Part shown: piece after piece, positions 16,405-23,898 of the stretch
How the letters are laid out: every line of letters starts with the position of its first letter
How positions within the stretch are numbered: position 1 is the stretch's first letter
Virus record (IMG/VR): IMGVR_UViG_3300033182_000245
Location: 1-31,339 of that record
DNA: 31,339 bases
Origin: a virus
Reading direction: 5' to 3' (one strand)
Program-made: the position numbers and the translations under genes
The notes under the pieces: generated by a model
Told to the model about the DNA's origin: nothing
The model's input: only the letters and a program-made list of their open reading frames with translations
Database searches by the model: none

Positions 16405-17913
16405 CTAAGTTATGAAGAAAGGTTCAACAGTTTCAGGTTCGTTCTCGCGCACTTGCGTCGCTCGATCGAAAGCCATTACAGCAGCAACAGCCGTGTCGAT
16501 CTTGCGCGGCGATCCTCGATGCTCTTTCACGATGCGAGGTCCGAGGCGATCGTACTTGATCACACAGTTGTCGATGTGTCGTGCGAGCGTCGGATTGTGA
16601 TCGTGCGCAAGTTCACGCGAACCGACAGCATCGTAGAACTTCGCAGTCGCAGGCACCATACGCGCTGGACTGCTCGATGAATACTCGACAACAGGCAAGC
16701 CGGCGGCTGACCAGTTCTCCATCTCGCGCTGATAGCGATACGGATCGCACACAACCTCGACAACATTCAACTCAGCGCAAGTGCGCATCATAACAGCATC
16801 AACTTCTGTCATTGGCACGCGCCAGTCGTCTGTGTCTGTCTGCTTCTTCTCCCACACATCGACGACATAGATGCGAGGCTTGTCTTCGACAGTCACAGCG
16901 ACGATCGCTGTCGCGTCATTGCTGAACGAACCGTCAAAGCCGATGACGACTTCTGTCTGATCGTCGAGCGCGTCAGCAGTATCGAGATCATCCCACGCGC
17001 CAGCAGGCATCCATGCTTCTTGCGCGTTCACCCATAAGTTCATGCGCTTCGTTCTGAACTCAGCCTCAGGTGTGCGCTTGACTGCTGAATGAAAGTCCTC
17101 AGGATCGTTGATGTCATCGAATCCAGGATTCGCAGCGATCCAGTTCTTAGGGTCGCGATGATCAACTTCGTCTTGCGACTTCCACCATGACATGAAGAAC
17201 GAGTCGTCTTTGATCTCACCCTTCGCGATCTGCTCACCGTACTGAAACAAGCGATAGCAAGTGCTGTCACGCCCTGTCGAGTCGTACTTCACTCCAGCAG
17301 TTGTCATCGCAAGCATCATGCTGTCTTTGCGCGCCGCTTGACCAAGTTGCATGACGTTGAACAGTTCATCATTCGGCGCAGCATGAAGTTCGTCGTACAA
17401 CACCAGCGAAGGACTGAGGCCTTCTTTCGTGAACGCTTCACTCGACAGCACGCGATACACGCTGCCCGTGTCAGGCACTTCGATCGCGTCGCGATACACC
17501 TTCGTGACAGCAGACAACTCAGGTGACTGCTCAACCATCGTGCGCGCCGCACCGAACACGATGCGAGCCTGATCACGATCAGCAGCACACGAATACACCT
17601 CGCCGCCGCGCGGACCCATCAGCAAGCCATACAACGCGACGCCAGAACCTAACGCCGACTTGCCATTCTTTCTCGCCATACCGACAAGAGCAAGCCGATG
17701 ACGAAACCTACCGTCACTACGACGAGCAAACACATGATCGAGCAACGATCGCTGCCAGTCTCGTAATCGAATCGACTCACCAGCATGACCACCAATCGAA
17801 TCCTTCACCTGAACACACAAAGTCTCGATGAACTCACCCACAAGAGCACCATCACCGCGCTTACGATCAGCAGCAGCAACACGCGTGAGCAGCGCAGGCG
17901 GCCACGCTTTCAC
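16405..17913 (-). CDS. Terminase large subunit
   Basis: 502 aa. Walker A-like VGMARKNGKSALGS, Walker B-like LVLYDELHA, and a C-terminal nuclease region (VIGFDGSFSNDATAIV). Confidence 0.92.
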   Translation of the reverse strand: MKAWPPALLTRVAAADRKRGDGALVGEFIETLCVQVKDSIGGHAGESIRLRDWQRSLLDHVFARRSDGRFRHRLALVGMARKNGKSALGSGVALYGLLMGPRGGEVYSCAADRDQARIVFGAARTMVEQSPELSAVTKVYRDAIEVPDTGSVYRVLSSEAFTKEGLSPSLVLYDELHAAPNDELFNVMQLGQAARKDSMMLAMTTAGVKYDSTGRDSTCYRLFQYGEQIAKGEIKDDSFFMSWWKSQDEVDHRDPKNWIAANPGFDDINDPEDFHSAVKRTPEAEFRTKRMNLWVNAQEAWMPAGAWDDLDTADALDDQTEVVIGFDGSFSNDATAIVAVTVEDKPRIYVVDVWEKKQTDTDDWRVPMTEVDAVMMRTCAELNVVEVVCDPYRYQREMENWSAAGLPVVEYSSSSPARMVPATAKFYDAVGSRELAHDHNPTLARHIDNCVIKYDRLGPRIVKEHRGSPRKIDTAVAAVMAFDRATQVRENEPETVEPFFIT

Positions 17914-17915
17914 GA

Positions 17916-18359
17916 TTACCTCGAAGCAGCCTTCGCTTGCAAACGTTCAAGCGCAGACATCGCACGAACCTCAGCGACACCTAACTTGCCACGCTCAGAA
18001 GGATTCCATCCAAGCACACTCAGCCAGCGATGAATCTGATCCTCGATGTTGCGCAACGCGACACGATCACGCCATTCGCCCTCACCAGACAAGACAAGTT
18101 GACGCAAGAACATGCGCTCATCCATCGACTCGCAAAGCATCTGCACAAGTTCAATGTCAGTCGTAACAGACAGCCATGACGCGCCAGACGACCAGACGCG
18201 ATGCCACATCTTCGAACCTTCTGCACCTAACTCACGCAAAGGATCAGGCGTGCTCTCAGCAGCAGGCAACGCAGTCACGCTCGACAACTTCGGCAAAGGC
18301 CTCTTGCCGGGATTGCCAGCGCGACGCTTCTTCTCAACAGGCTTCGCTGGATTCGGCAT
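17916..18359 (-). CDS. Terminase small subunit (P27 family-like)
   Basis: 147 aa. Basic N-terminus PNPAKPVEKKRRAGNPGKRPLP, then GSKMWHRVW...DIELVQMLCESMDERMFL, typical of P27-type TerS. Confidence 0.75.
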   Translation of the reverse strand: MPNPAKPVEKKRRAGNPGKRPLPKLSSVTALPAAESTPDPLRELGAEGSKMWHRVWSSGASWLSVTTDIELVQMLCESMDERMFLRQLVLSGEGEWRDRVALRNIEDQIHRWLSVLGWNPSERGKLGVAEVRAMSALERLQAKAASR

Positions 18360-18514
18360 CGTGTCTCATCTCGCAGGGGTTGAAACGGTTTGGGGGAAAG
18401 GTTTGAACTGCGTCTTCTTGCCCCCGCAGGGACGCAGGGTTCTCGTCGCCGTTATCTGCAACGGTTTGACCCCACTCTCAGGTGATCGCCACCGTCGGTG
18501 TGTGTGTGTCAGTT
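18360..18514. other. Candidate cos/packaging-recognition region
   Basis: A 155-bp gap between the HNH and TerS genes. It holds CGCAGGG x3 (18372, 18425, 18433), AACGGTTTG x2 (18384, 18460) plus AAGGTTTG (18399), and a (GT)6 tract at 18498..18509. Confidence 0.4.
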
Positions 18515-18829
18515 TCAGTTCGTCTTGTTCTTGCTTCGTCGAATGTTGCAAGATCGGTGAGCAGCAGCGAGTGGGCTACTGGGGTCGGCTGGCAGTAGGT
18601 GATCTGCTTGAAAGGGATCGCTGTCGCGTGCGCCTTCGCCGCATAGCCAGCAGGTTGTTGCGTTGTCGCGTATGAGTTTCGCTCGACGTTTGTAGTCGCC
18701 TGCGTAGTGTGGTCTGGGTTTGCGTGTCTTGCTGCGTTCGCGTGATCGTGCTTTTCGGCAGTCGTCGCAGCGTGTCTTGTTGCTAGTGAGTGTGGCGCAG
18801 TCGAGGCATGGTCGTTTGACGTTGCTCAC
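18515..18829 (-). CDS. HNH endonuclease
   Basis: 104 aa. CLDC...CDDC zinc-finger pair, then CWLCGEG...ADHLLP...AAHRSCNIRR. Lies upstream of TerS, as in HNH-dependent cos phages. Confidence 0.82.
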   Translation of the reverse strand: MSNVKRPCLDCATLTSNKTRCDDCRKARSRERSKTRKPRPHYAGDYKRRAKLIRDNATTCWLCGEGARDSDPFQADHLLPADPSSPLAAAHRSCNIRRSKNKTN

Positions 18830-19038
18830 TTGTCTTCGACGTTGCGTGTTTCTTCTGCCTTGTTGATCTTTGCTTGTTCTTGCTTGTTGTCTTGCTTCTT
18901 GGCTGTCGCGCTGGTGGGGTTGGCTACGGCGTCGATGGCGTCGATGATTGCTGGTGTGATGACTGCGATGGGGCCTACGGTGGGATCGCCTGTGGCTTTC
19001 TTGATTGCGTTTGTGATCTGTTCGCGTGTGAGGCTCAT
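18826..19038 (-). CDS. Hypothetical protein (70 aa)
   Basis: MSLTREQITNAIKKATGDPTVGPIAVITPAIIDAIDAV... ATGA overlap with the upstream 73-aa gene and GTGA overlap with the HNH start. It is the only protein-like part of the 272-codon track ORF. Confidence 0.65.
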   Translation of the reverse strand: MSLTREQITNAIKKATGDPTVGPIAVITPAIIDAIDAVANPTSATAKKQDNKQEQAKINKAEETRNVEDK

Positions 19039-19256
19039 GTGTCTTCCTCGTCTTCTGTGTCGTCGTCGCTTGTGCTGACGAGTTCTAGTGCTCTCTCGAA
19101 TGGCTCGATGAGTTGTAGTGCGTGTGCGAATGATTCGAGTGTTCTGTTGCGTAGGTCGTGTACGGCGTCTGCGCTGTAACTGATTGATTCGGCGATCATG
19201 ACGATCTCGAGGTCGCCGTACACGATGCGCATGTGTACGTCTCGCGATTCGGCCAT
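19035..19256 (-). CDS. Hypothetical protein (73 aa), first gene of the late operon
   Basis: MAESRDVHMRIVYGDLEIVMIAESISYSADAVHDL... with an acidic tail DDDTEDEEDT. GAAAGG lies upstream of the ATG. Confidence 0.65.
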   Translation of the reverse strand: MAESRDVHMRIVYGDLEIVMIAESISYSADAVHDLRNRTLESFAHALQLIEPFERALELVSTSDDDTEDEEDT

Positions 19257-19604
19257 GCGACTGCCTTTCTTGTTGTTGGTGATGCCGCAGGCGCTCGATC
19301 ATAGTGAAGCATACGGACATGGCTTTGTCGCGTGTGCTTGTTTCGTGTCGGATTGTGTGCGCAGTTTCGTGCAGTGTGTTGACAGGTTCGTTGCATGTTT
19401 GTGTCGAGTTTGATGCTTGTTGCTTGCTTTGTTCGTATGCGTGCGCGTCTAGTGAGTGAGCAAAGAAGTATCTAGTGAGTGTATGCGTTAGTTCGTTCGT
19501 TCGTATCGTGGATTGCGTTCTGCTATGCGTTTCGCATTGCGTCGAGCATTGTTGAGTGTTGGCTGCTGTATGATCTCGATTGCATGTGACTGGACATCCA
19601 TTGC

Positions 19605-19644
19605 ATGAAGAAGGCGCAGACGTATGAGCCTGCGCCTTCTTCAT
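19605..19644 (-). terminator. Strong stem-loop ending the early operon (15-bp stem)
   Basis: 19605..19619 (atgaagaaggcgcag) pairs with 19630..19644 (ctgcgccttcttcat), with a 10-nt loop. It begins 13 nt after the stop at 19657. There is no U-tract on the minus strand; a T-rich run follows on the plus strand. Confidence 0.6.
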
Positions 19645-19656
19645 TGTTTGTGTGTG

Positions 19657-19869
19657 TCAGTCGTCGTCGATGCCCCAATCGACTGCTTGCTGCCAGCGGT
19701 CGCCTAAGCGTTCGAAGATGTCCACGTTCTCAGGCTTTCTCGACGCTCTAGCGGCTCTAACGAGCGCGACGCGTATGTTGTGTGCTTCTTCGCGAGTTAT
19801 CTCGACTGTGATCGTCTCAGACATCTTCTCGACCCATCTGCGCAGTTCGTCGCTGATCATGTCGCTCAC
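19657..19869 (-). CDS. Hypothetical protein (70 aa)
   Basis: ATGA overlap with the upstream gene. Charged, helical-looking composition. Confidence 0.65.
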   Translation of the reverse strand: MSDMISDELRRWVEKMSETITVEITREEAHNIRVALVRAARASRKPENVDIFERLGDRWQQAVDWGIDDD

Positions 19870-20204
19870 GCTCCCTCTGTGACGACGCGCATCAGTTCAT
19901 CGATGATGAACTCTTCTTGTGGGTTGCGAGCGTTCGTGAACAGTTCATCGAGCATCTGCGTCGCTCGCGTCTTCACGCTCTCGTCATAGCCGTCGAACAG
20001 GCCTTGCGTCTCGCCGTCGTCTGTCCAGTCAACATCGATCGCGTCTTGAACGTCGCTGCTGACATCGCGCACCTCGTATGGCATCTGGCGAATGTAGTCG
20101 AGCGCCATCTGCGCGTTCGGGAAGTCGATGTGCTTGTGCATGTCGCCTTGAAGGCTTGTGCCGGTGCTGACGACGATCCATGTCGTCTCTTTCATCTTGC
20201 TCAT
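19866..20204 (-). CDS. Highly acidic hypothetical protein (112 aa)
   Basis: I place the start at ATG 20204 (MSKMKETTWIVV), 2 nt after an AGCGAGAGAG motif. The upstream part of the track ORF is R/S-rich and looks non-coding. Confidence 0.65.
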   Translation of the reverse strand: MSKMKETTWIVVSTGTSLQGDMHKHIDFPNAQMALDYIRQMPYEVRDVSSDVQDAIDVDWTDDGETQGLFDGYDESVKTRATQMLDELFTNARNPQEEFIIDELMRVVTEGA

Positions 20205-20287
20205 GTCTCTCTCGCTCTCTGTGTCGCCTGTCTCATCAGGTGCAGTTGGCGAACTCTGCACGACGCTGCTTGCGCAGCGTTTCGACT

Positions 20288-20884
20288 CTAGTCGAGATCG
20301 TGAACGTATGTCTCGCGATCGCACAGCGGGCAGAACGGAACTCCGGCCTCGATGTGCTTCATGTTCATGCGGCAGTACCAGCCGCACATTGAGCAAGCGA
20401 CTTTGTACCAGTTCTTCTTGCTGCGTCCCGCCTTCGCGGCCATCTTCTTGTGCGGGTACGCGCCGACGCGCTTCTCGATCTTCTCGTTCAACGCTTCGAG
20501 CGTGAACTGCAAGTGCTCACCTGGTGTCGATGTCGTCATCTTGCCGACAAAGCCGAGAGCCTTCGCGATGCGAGCGAAGTTGCCCTTGTGGCCATTCTTG
20601 CAGTCGTCAGCAGCGTGCACCATCTCATGAAGCAGCGTGTCGAGAACTTCTGTCGGGCTGTCTGCGCCGAGCACAGGGCTGATGAAGATCTGATTGATCT
20701 TGTCTGGGTGTGCGCTGCGCGCCCAGCATTCGCCGATGCGCTTCTTCGCGCTGCCGCCGCCTGGCCATGAGCAAGTAACGTCGATGCGCTCAGGAAGTTC
20801 GCAGTCGGGGATGTTCTTGAACAGCACGCGCATCTCTTTCAGCGCGATGTTCAGCCATTCTTCGCGTGTGATCTGCTTCTTCAT
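20288..20884 (-). CDS. SprT-like zinc metalloprotease domain protein with C-terminal zinc ribbon
   Basis: HEMVH zinc-binding motif in the context EVLDTLLHEMVHAADD. C-terminal CSMCGWYC...FCPLC. Start chosen at ATG 20884, 3 nt after AGCGAGAGAG. Starts at 20926 or 20983 are possible. Confidence 0.7.
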   Translation of the reverse strand: MKKQITREEWLNIALKEMRVLFKNIPDCELPERIDVTCSWPGGGSAKKRIGECWARSAHPDKINQIFISPVLGADSPTEVLDTLLHEMVHAADDCKNGHKGNFARIAKALGFVGKMTTSTPGEHLQFTLEALNEKIEKRVGAYPHKKMAAKAGRSKKNWYKVACSMCGWYCRMNMKHIEAGVPFCPLCDRETYVHDLD

Positions 20885-21047
20885 TGTCTCTCTCGCTTTC
20901 TCTCTGTGACTCGCTGTTCGAGTCATGAAGAGATCGTCCCAGGATTCAGGCCTGCAAGCAAGTTGATTCAGGCAGTTTCTCAAAGAATCTTTCGCCTAAA
21001 TCGCCCCTTCTGAGAGCAAATCGCCCCATATTCGAACGCTTGTTCGA

Positions 21048-21827
21048 TCAGAGACGATCGAGCGCGATCTGACGACGCATCGAGCGATCAGAGAACAAAC
21101 GACCTCGACGCTCGATCAAACCCTGCTTCGCCCATCTGCGCAGCGTGCGCTTCGTCACTCCGTACCAGTCAGCGAGCGTGTCAGCAGGAACCCACACATC
21201 GACATCTTGCGCAGCAGCAGACACGACAACGAGACGACGCGCAGTCCACACGCGCTTACACGATCGACACATGATCTCAGCATCGTTGTCGAGATCGTCA
21301 CGCGTCACACGCAATCGACGACGACACATCTCGTCTTCGACATCTGTCGGACACTCAACACGCCAACCTTCGTGATCATCGACGCACGCGATACGAGCAA
21401 GACGCGCAGCCTCACGCGACAGTTCTTGCTGCATGTCAGCGAGCAATGGCCAGCGTGCTTCGATCAATCGATCACGCCACGCTTGAATGAACTCGACTCG
21501 TTCACGCAGCATCGCTGTTCGCTTCTGCTGTTCAGTCACGACTCCGTATGGCGTCAACTCGAAGTCATGCCTTATCGCGATCTCCCACGACTCCAACAAA
21601 GGCAGAGTGTCATTGCCTGCGATGACATCGAGCGCGTCAACGTTCACGCCAAGCGATCGTTCACTTGACTTGCTCATCGACACACCAGAAGCGTGAGGCA
21701 CCGCAGTATCGATCATCGATGTGAACTGTCTGATCTCGTTGAGCGCAGATGACAAACGTCGAGCACACGCGTCACACAAGATCATGCTGCTCGCTCGATT
21801 GCATCGTTCACAGCGTTCATCACTCAT
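21048..21827 (-). CDS. DNA-binding protein with N-terminal CxxC zinc ribbon and C-terminal MerR/excisionase-type HTH
   Basis: 259 aa. CERCNR...CDAC at the N-terminus, CRSC later, and WVPADTLADWYGVTKRTLRRWAKQGLI at the C-terminus. Confidence 0.65.
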   Translation of the reverse strand: MSDERCERCNRASSMILCDACARRLSSALNEIRQFTSMIDTAVPHASGVSMSKSSERSLGVNVDALDVIAGNDTLPLLESWEIAIRHDFELTPYGVVTEQQKRTAMLRERVEFIQAWRDRLIEARWPLLADMQQELSREAARLARIACVDDHEGWRVECPTDVEDEMCRRRLRVTRDDLDNDAEIMCRSCKRVWTARRLVVVSAAAQDVDVWVPADTLADWYGVTKRTLRRWAKQGLIERRGRLFSDRSMRRQIALDRL

Positions 21828-22183
21828 GTGTGCTGCCTTTCGTGATGATGACGACGGATCTTATGAATCACTTGCTCGTACTCTTCGCGATTGAATCTGC
21901 GGCCGTCAGAAACATGCATCGCTGATGTCACTTGCTCGCGATCGTGATACACAACGAACGCAGGCACGCTCGCCATCTCTGACAAGCGACGCATAATCGA
22001 GAAGCCCTTCTGCGGATTCGTTGTCGCTTCGATCAGATACAAAGGCGTGCGACAGATGTGACAGCAGCCCATCAGATCGAGATCGATTGCGTGATACGTC
22101 GATGGGAACGCGTCTCGATGCCAGTCTTGAACTGTTCTGTCTTGATACAGATCAAGATTGCGAACTTGCGCGTGACTACTCAT
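21824..22183 (-). CDS. Hypothetical protein (about 119 aa)
   Basis: HAIDLDLMGCCHICRTPLYLIEATTN resembles a recurrent phage protein family of unknown function. The start is uncertain (ATG at 22183 or 22195; the track start at 22285 is a TTG). Confidence 0.6.
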   Translation of the reverse strand: MSSHAQVRNLDLYQDRTVQDWHRDAFPSTYHAIDLDLMGCCHICRTPLYLIEATTNPQKGFSIMRRLSEMASVPAFVVYHDREQVTSAMHVSDGRRFNREEYEQVIHKIRRHHHERQHT

Positions 22184-22313
22184 CGAAGAACTCATCGAGA
22201 TCGCTCGACAAGCAGCCGTCGCACAGAAGTTGCCAGCCTCGATACGCTCGCGCACCTTCACCGCCACAGCGATGACAGCGCACAACGATGTCGCTTCTAG
22301 AAGGGCATGTCAT
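22176..22313 (-). CDS. Possible small zinc-ribbon protein (35-45 aa)
   Basis: ...VVRCHRCGGEGARAYRGWQLLCDGCLSSDLDEFFDE carries a CxxC-x13-CxxC arrangement. It fills the gap between SSB and the next gene. No clear SD, and the start is uncertain (ATG 22313 or GTG 22283). Confidence 0.4.
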   Translation of the reverse strand: MTCPSRSDIVVRCHRCGGEGARAYRGWQLLCDGCLSSDLDEFFDE

Positions 22314-22737
22314 TAGGATCATCAGACACTCGAGGCGCAGATGTCGCCCACGGATCGTTCTCAACTTGTGCTGCTGTTTGACGCTTCACGCGAGACACCT
22401 TCGCTGTCTGACGACGATCAACGATCGCAGCGACAGTTCGAGCACGCACTTCGACGCGTGAACGCTTCTCACCATTCGGGTCTTCCCATTGACGCGCATA
22501 CGCGTCACCCATGACGATGACTTGATCACCTTTCGACAGCGACTCTGCTGCTGCTTCTGCGTCTGCTTCCCAGATCGTGCAGTCCCAGAACGTCGTGTCT
22601 TCTTCTTTCCAGCCTTCGTCTGTCTTGCGCTTGCGTGAAGTGACAACATTCAAACGCACAAGTGCTTTGCCTGATGCTGTGAACTTCAACTCTGGATCGC
22701 TCGACAAGCGACCCTTCAACGTGACTGCTGTGCTCAT
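22297..22737 (-). CDS. ssb: Single-stranded DNA-binding protein
   Basis: Start ATG 22737 (MSTAVTLKGRLSSDPELKF), preceded by AAGGAG, with an ATGA overlap onto the WhiB stop. OB-fold pattern (TFWDCTIWEADAEAAAESLSKGDQVIVMG) and an acidic tip DDPNDMPF. Confidence 0.88.
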   Translation of the reverse strand: MSTAVTLKGRLSSDPELKFTASGKALVRLNVVTSRKRKTDEGWKEEDTTFWDCTIWEADAEAAAESLSKGDQVIVMGDAYARQWEDPNGEKRSRVEVRARTVAAIVDRRQTAKVSRVKRQTAAQVENDPWATSAPRVSDDPNDMPF

Positions 22738-23234
22738 GCGATCTCCTTGAATAGATTGACAGCACCAGCGTCTAGTGCTGTGTGATAGCGATGAGCCGCA
22801 CTTGTGCCATTCATGCGCAGGTGACGGCCGATCATTGTTTGAGTCCATCCATACTGGTGAACGAGAATGCGATGCACAAGCGACTTCTCAACGTTGTTGA
22901 GTCGCTGATACAACGCAAAGCCTTCTTGATTGTCGAACAGCAACGTCTCGACTGTGCGTTCAATCTGCACGCGATCAATCGATGTGCTGTTGCTTTCTTG
23001 ACGATGCAATCGTTGGCGTTCTGTCGCTGTCATGCCTCCCCAGATGCCGAAGCGTTCTTTGTGTTGTAGCGCGTAACTCAAACACTCGACACGCACAGGA
23101 CACGACGCGCATACGCGTTTCGCTGCGAGAGCGATGGAACTTTCATCATTCGTATCGAGATAGAACATGTCGCCGATGTCATGACAGGCTGCACGCTCCA
23201 TCCATTCAGGATGATCGACTGTGAAGTGCATCAT
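22734..23234 (-). CDS. whiB: WhiB-family Fe-S transcription factor fused to a C-terminal HTH domain
   Basis: C-x24-C-x2-C-x5-C (AACHD...RVCASCPVRVEC) followed by GIWGG. The C-terminal 80 aa contain LVHRILVHQYGWTQTMIGRHLRMNGTSAAHRY, which is sigma-region-4/LuxR-like. Confidence 0.8.
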   Translation of the reverse strand: MMHFTVDHPEWMERAACHDIGDMFYLDTNDESSIALAAKRVCASCPVRVECLSYALQHKERFGIWGGMTATERQRLHRQESNSTSIDRVQIERTVETLLFDNQEGFALYQRLNNVEKSLVHRILVHQYGWTQTMIGRHLRMNGTSAAHRYHTALDAGAVNLFKEIA

Positions 23235-23536
23235 CGCATGGCCTCAACGAGATCGCGGCGACGCTTCGCTGTGATCGTTCGATCTTCGACTGGCATCTCT
23301 TCGAGCAGTTCACGCGCTTCGATCATCTCAACGCTCACATGCAGGCCTGACTTCAACGTTTCGACTTGCGCGAGTTCGCGTCGCTTCTGAATCGCAGCCT
23401 TCACAGCAATGTCGATCGCGAGACGACTCGCTCCAAGATCGACGAGCGCAGTCATCAATCGCTGCTGCAAACGCTGTCGCTGCTGCTTGCTGAGATGCTG
23501 CATCTCTTCTGTGCTAGGTACAACAAAGCGATTCAT
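23231..23536 (-). CDS. Hypothetical protein (101 aa)
   Basis: ATGA-type overlaps at both ends. Helical, charged composition. Confidence 0.6.
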   Translation of the reverse strand: MNRFVVPSTEEMQHLSKQQRQRLQQRLMTALVDLGASRLAIDIAVKAAIQKRRELAQVETLKSGLHVSVEMIEARELLEEMPVEDRTITAKRRRDLVEAMR

Positions 23537-23898
23537 TTCGCGTCTCTCTCTCGCTTCTTAGACCAACGCGCTGCTGCTGCTGATCGAGCGCGCGCTGATC
23601 GTCTCTTCATCTCTTCTGTGCTTGGCTGATACTCATCCCAATCGTTGACTCGCCAACCCCCTTCTTCTTCCCACCAGAGATTCACTTCACACAAACGATT
23701 CGCGTCTGCTTTGCGAGCGTGCAACAAGGGCAACGCCTCGCGTGGAATGAATCCGTCTGTGCCTTGCTCGCCGACGTACGCGAGTGAGCACACATACACG
23801 AACGCAGTTCGATAGCCGTCGCGTGCTGCGAGCAGCGACAGAATCTTGCTGTTGCGTGGCAGACTCGTATCGAGTCGCACCCATCTGAGTGTGCTCAT
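23533..23898 (-). CDS. Hypothetical DNA-binding-like protein (121 aa)
   Basis: WVRLDTSLPRNSKILSLL...GFIPREAL resembles the N-termini of phage replisome-organizer/winged-helix proteins. Basic tail. The function call is weak. Confidence 0.55.
   Translation of the reverse strand: MSTLRWVRLDTSLPRNSKILSLLAARDGYRTAFVYVCSLAYVGEQGTDGFIPREALPLLHARKADANRLCEVNLWWEEEGGWRVNDWDEYQPSTEEMKRRSARARSAAAARWSKKRERDAK

Noticed and set aside
18826-19644. 272-aa minus-strand ORF spanning the early/late junction
   Set aside because: Only its last 70 codons look protein-like. The rest is R/T/H/Q low-complexity sequence, overlaps the well-formed 73-aa gene in another frame, and stays open only because the strand is T-poor there. 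I split it into 18826..19038 plus non-coding sequence.
19257-19656. A tRNA, CRISPR array or integration (att) site in the large non-coding region
   Set aside because: I could find no cloverleaf-compatible segment or GTTCGAATC-type T-loop. The repeats are short (8-11 bp), few, and have no regular spacer architecture. No integrase gene is present anywhere in the genome.
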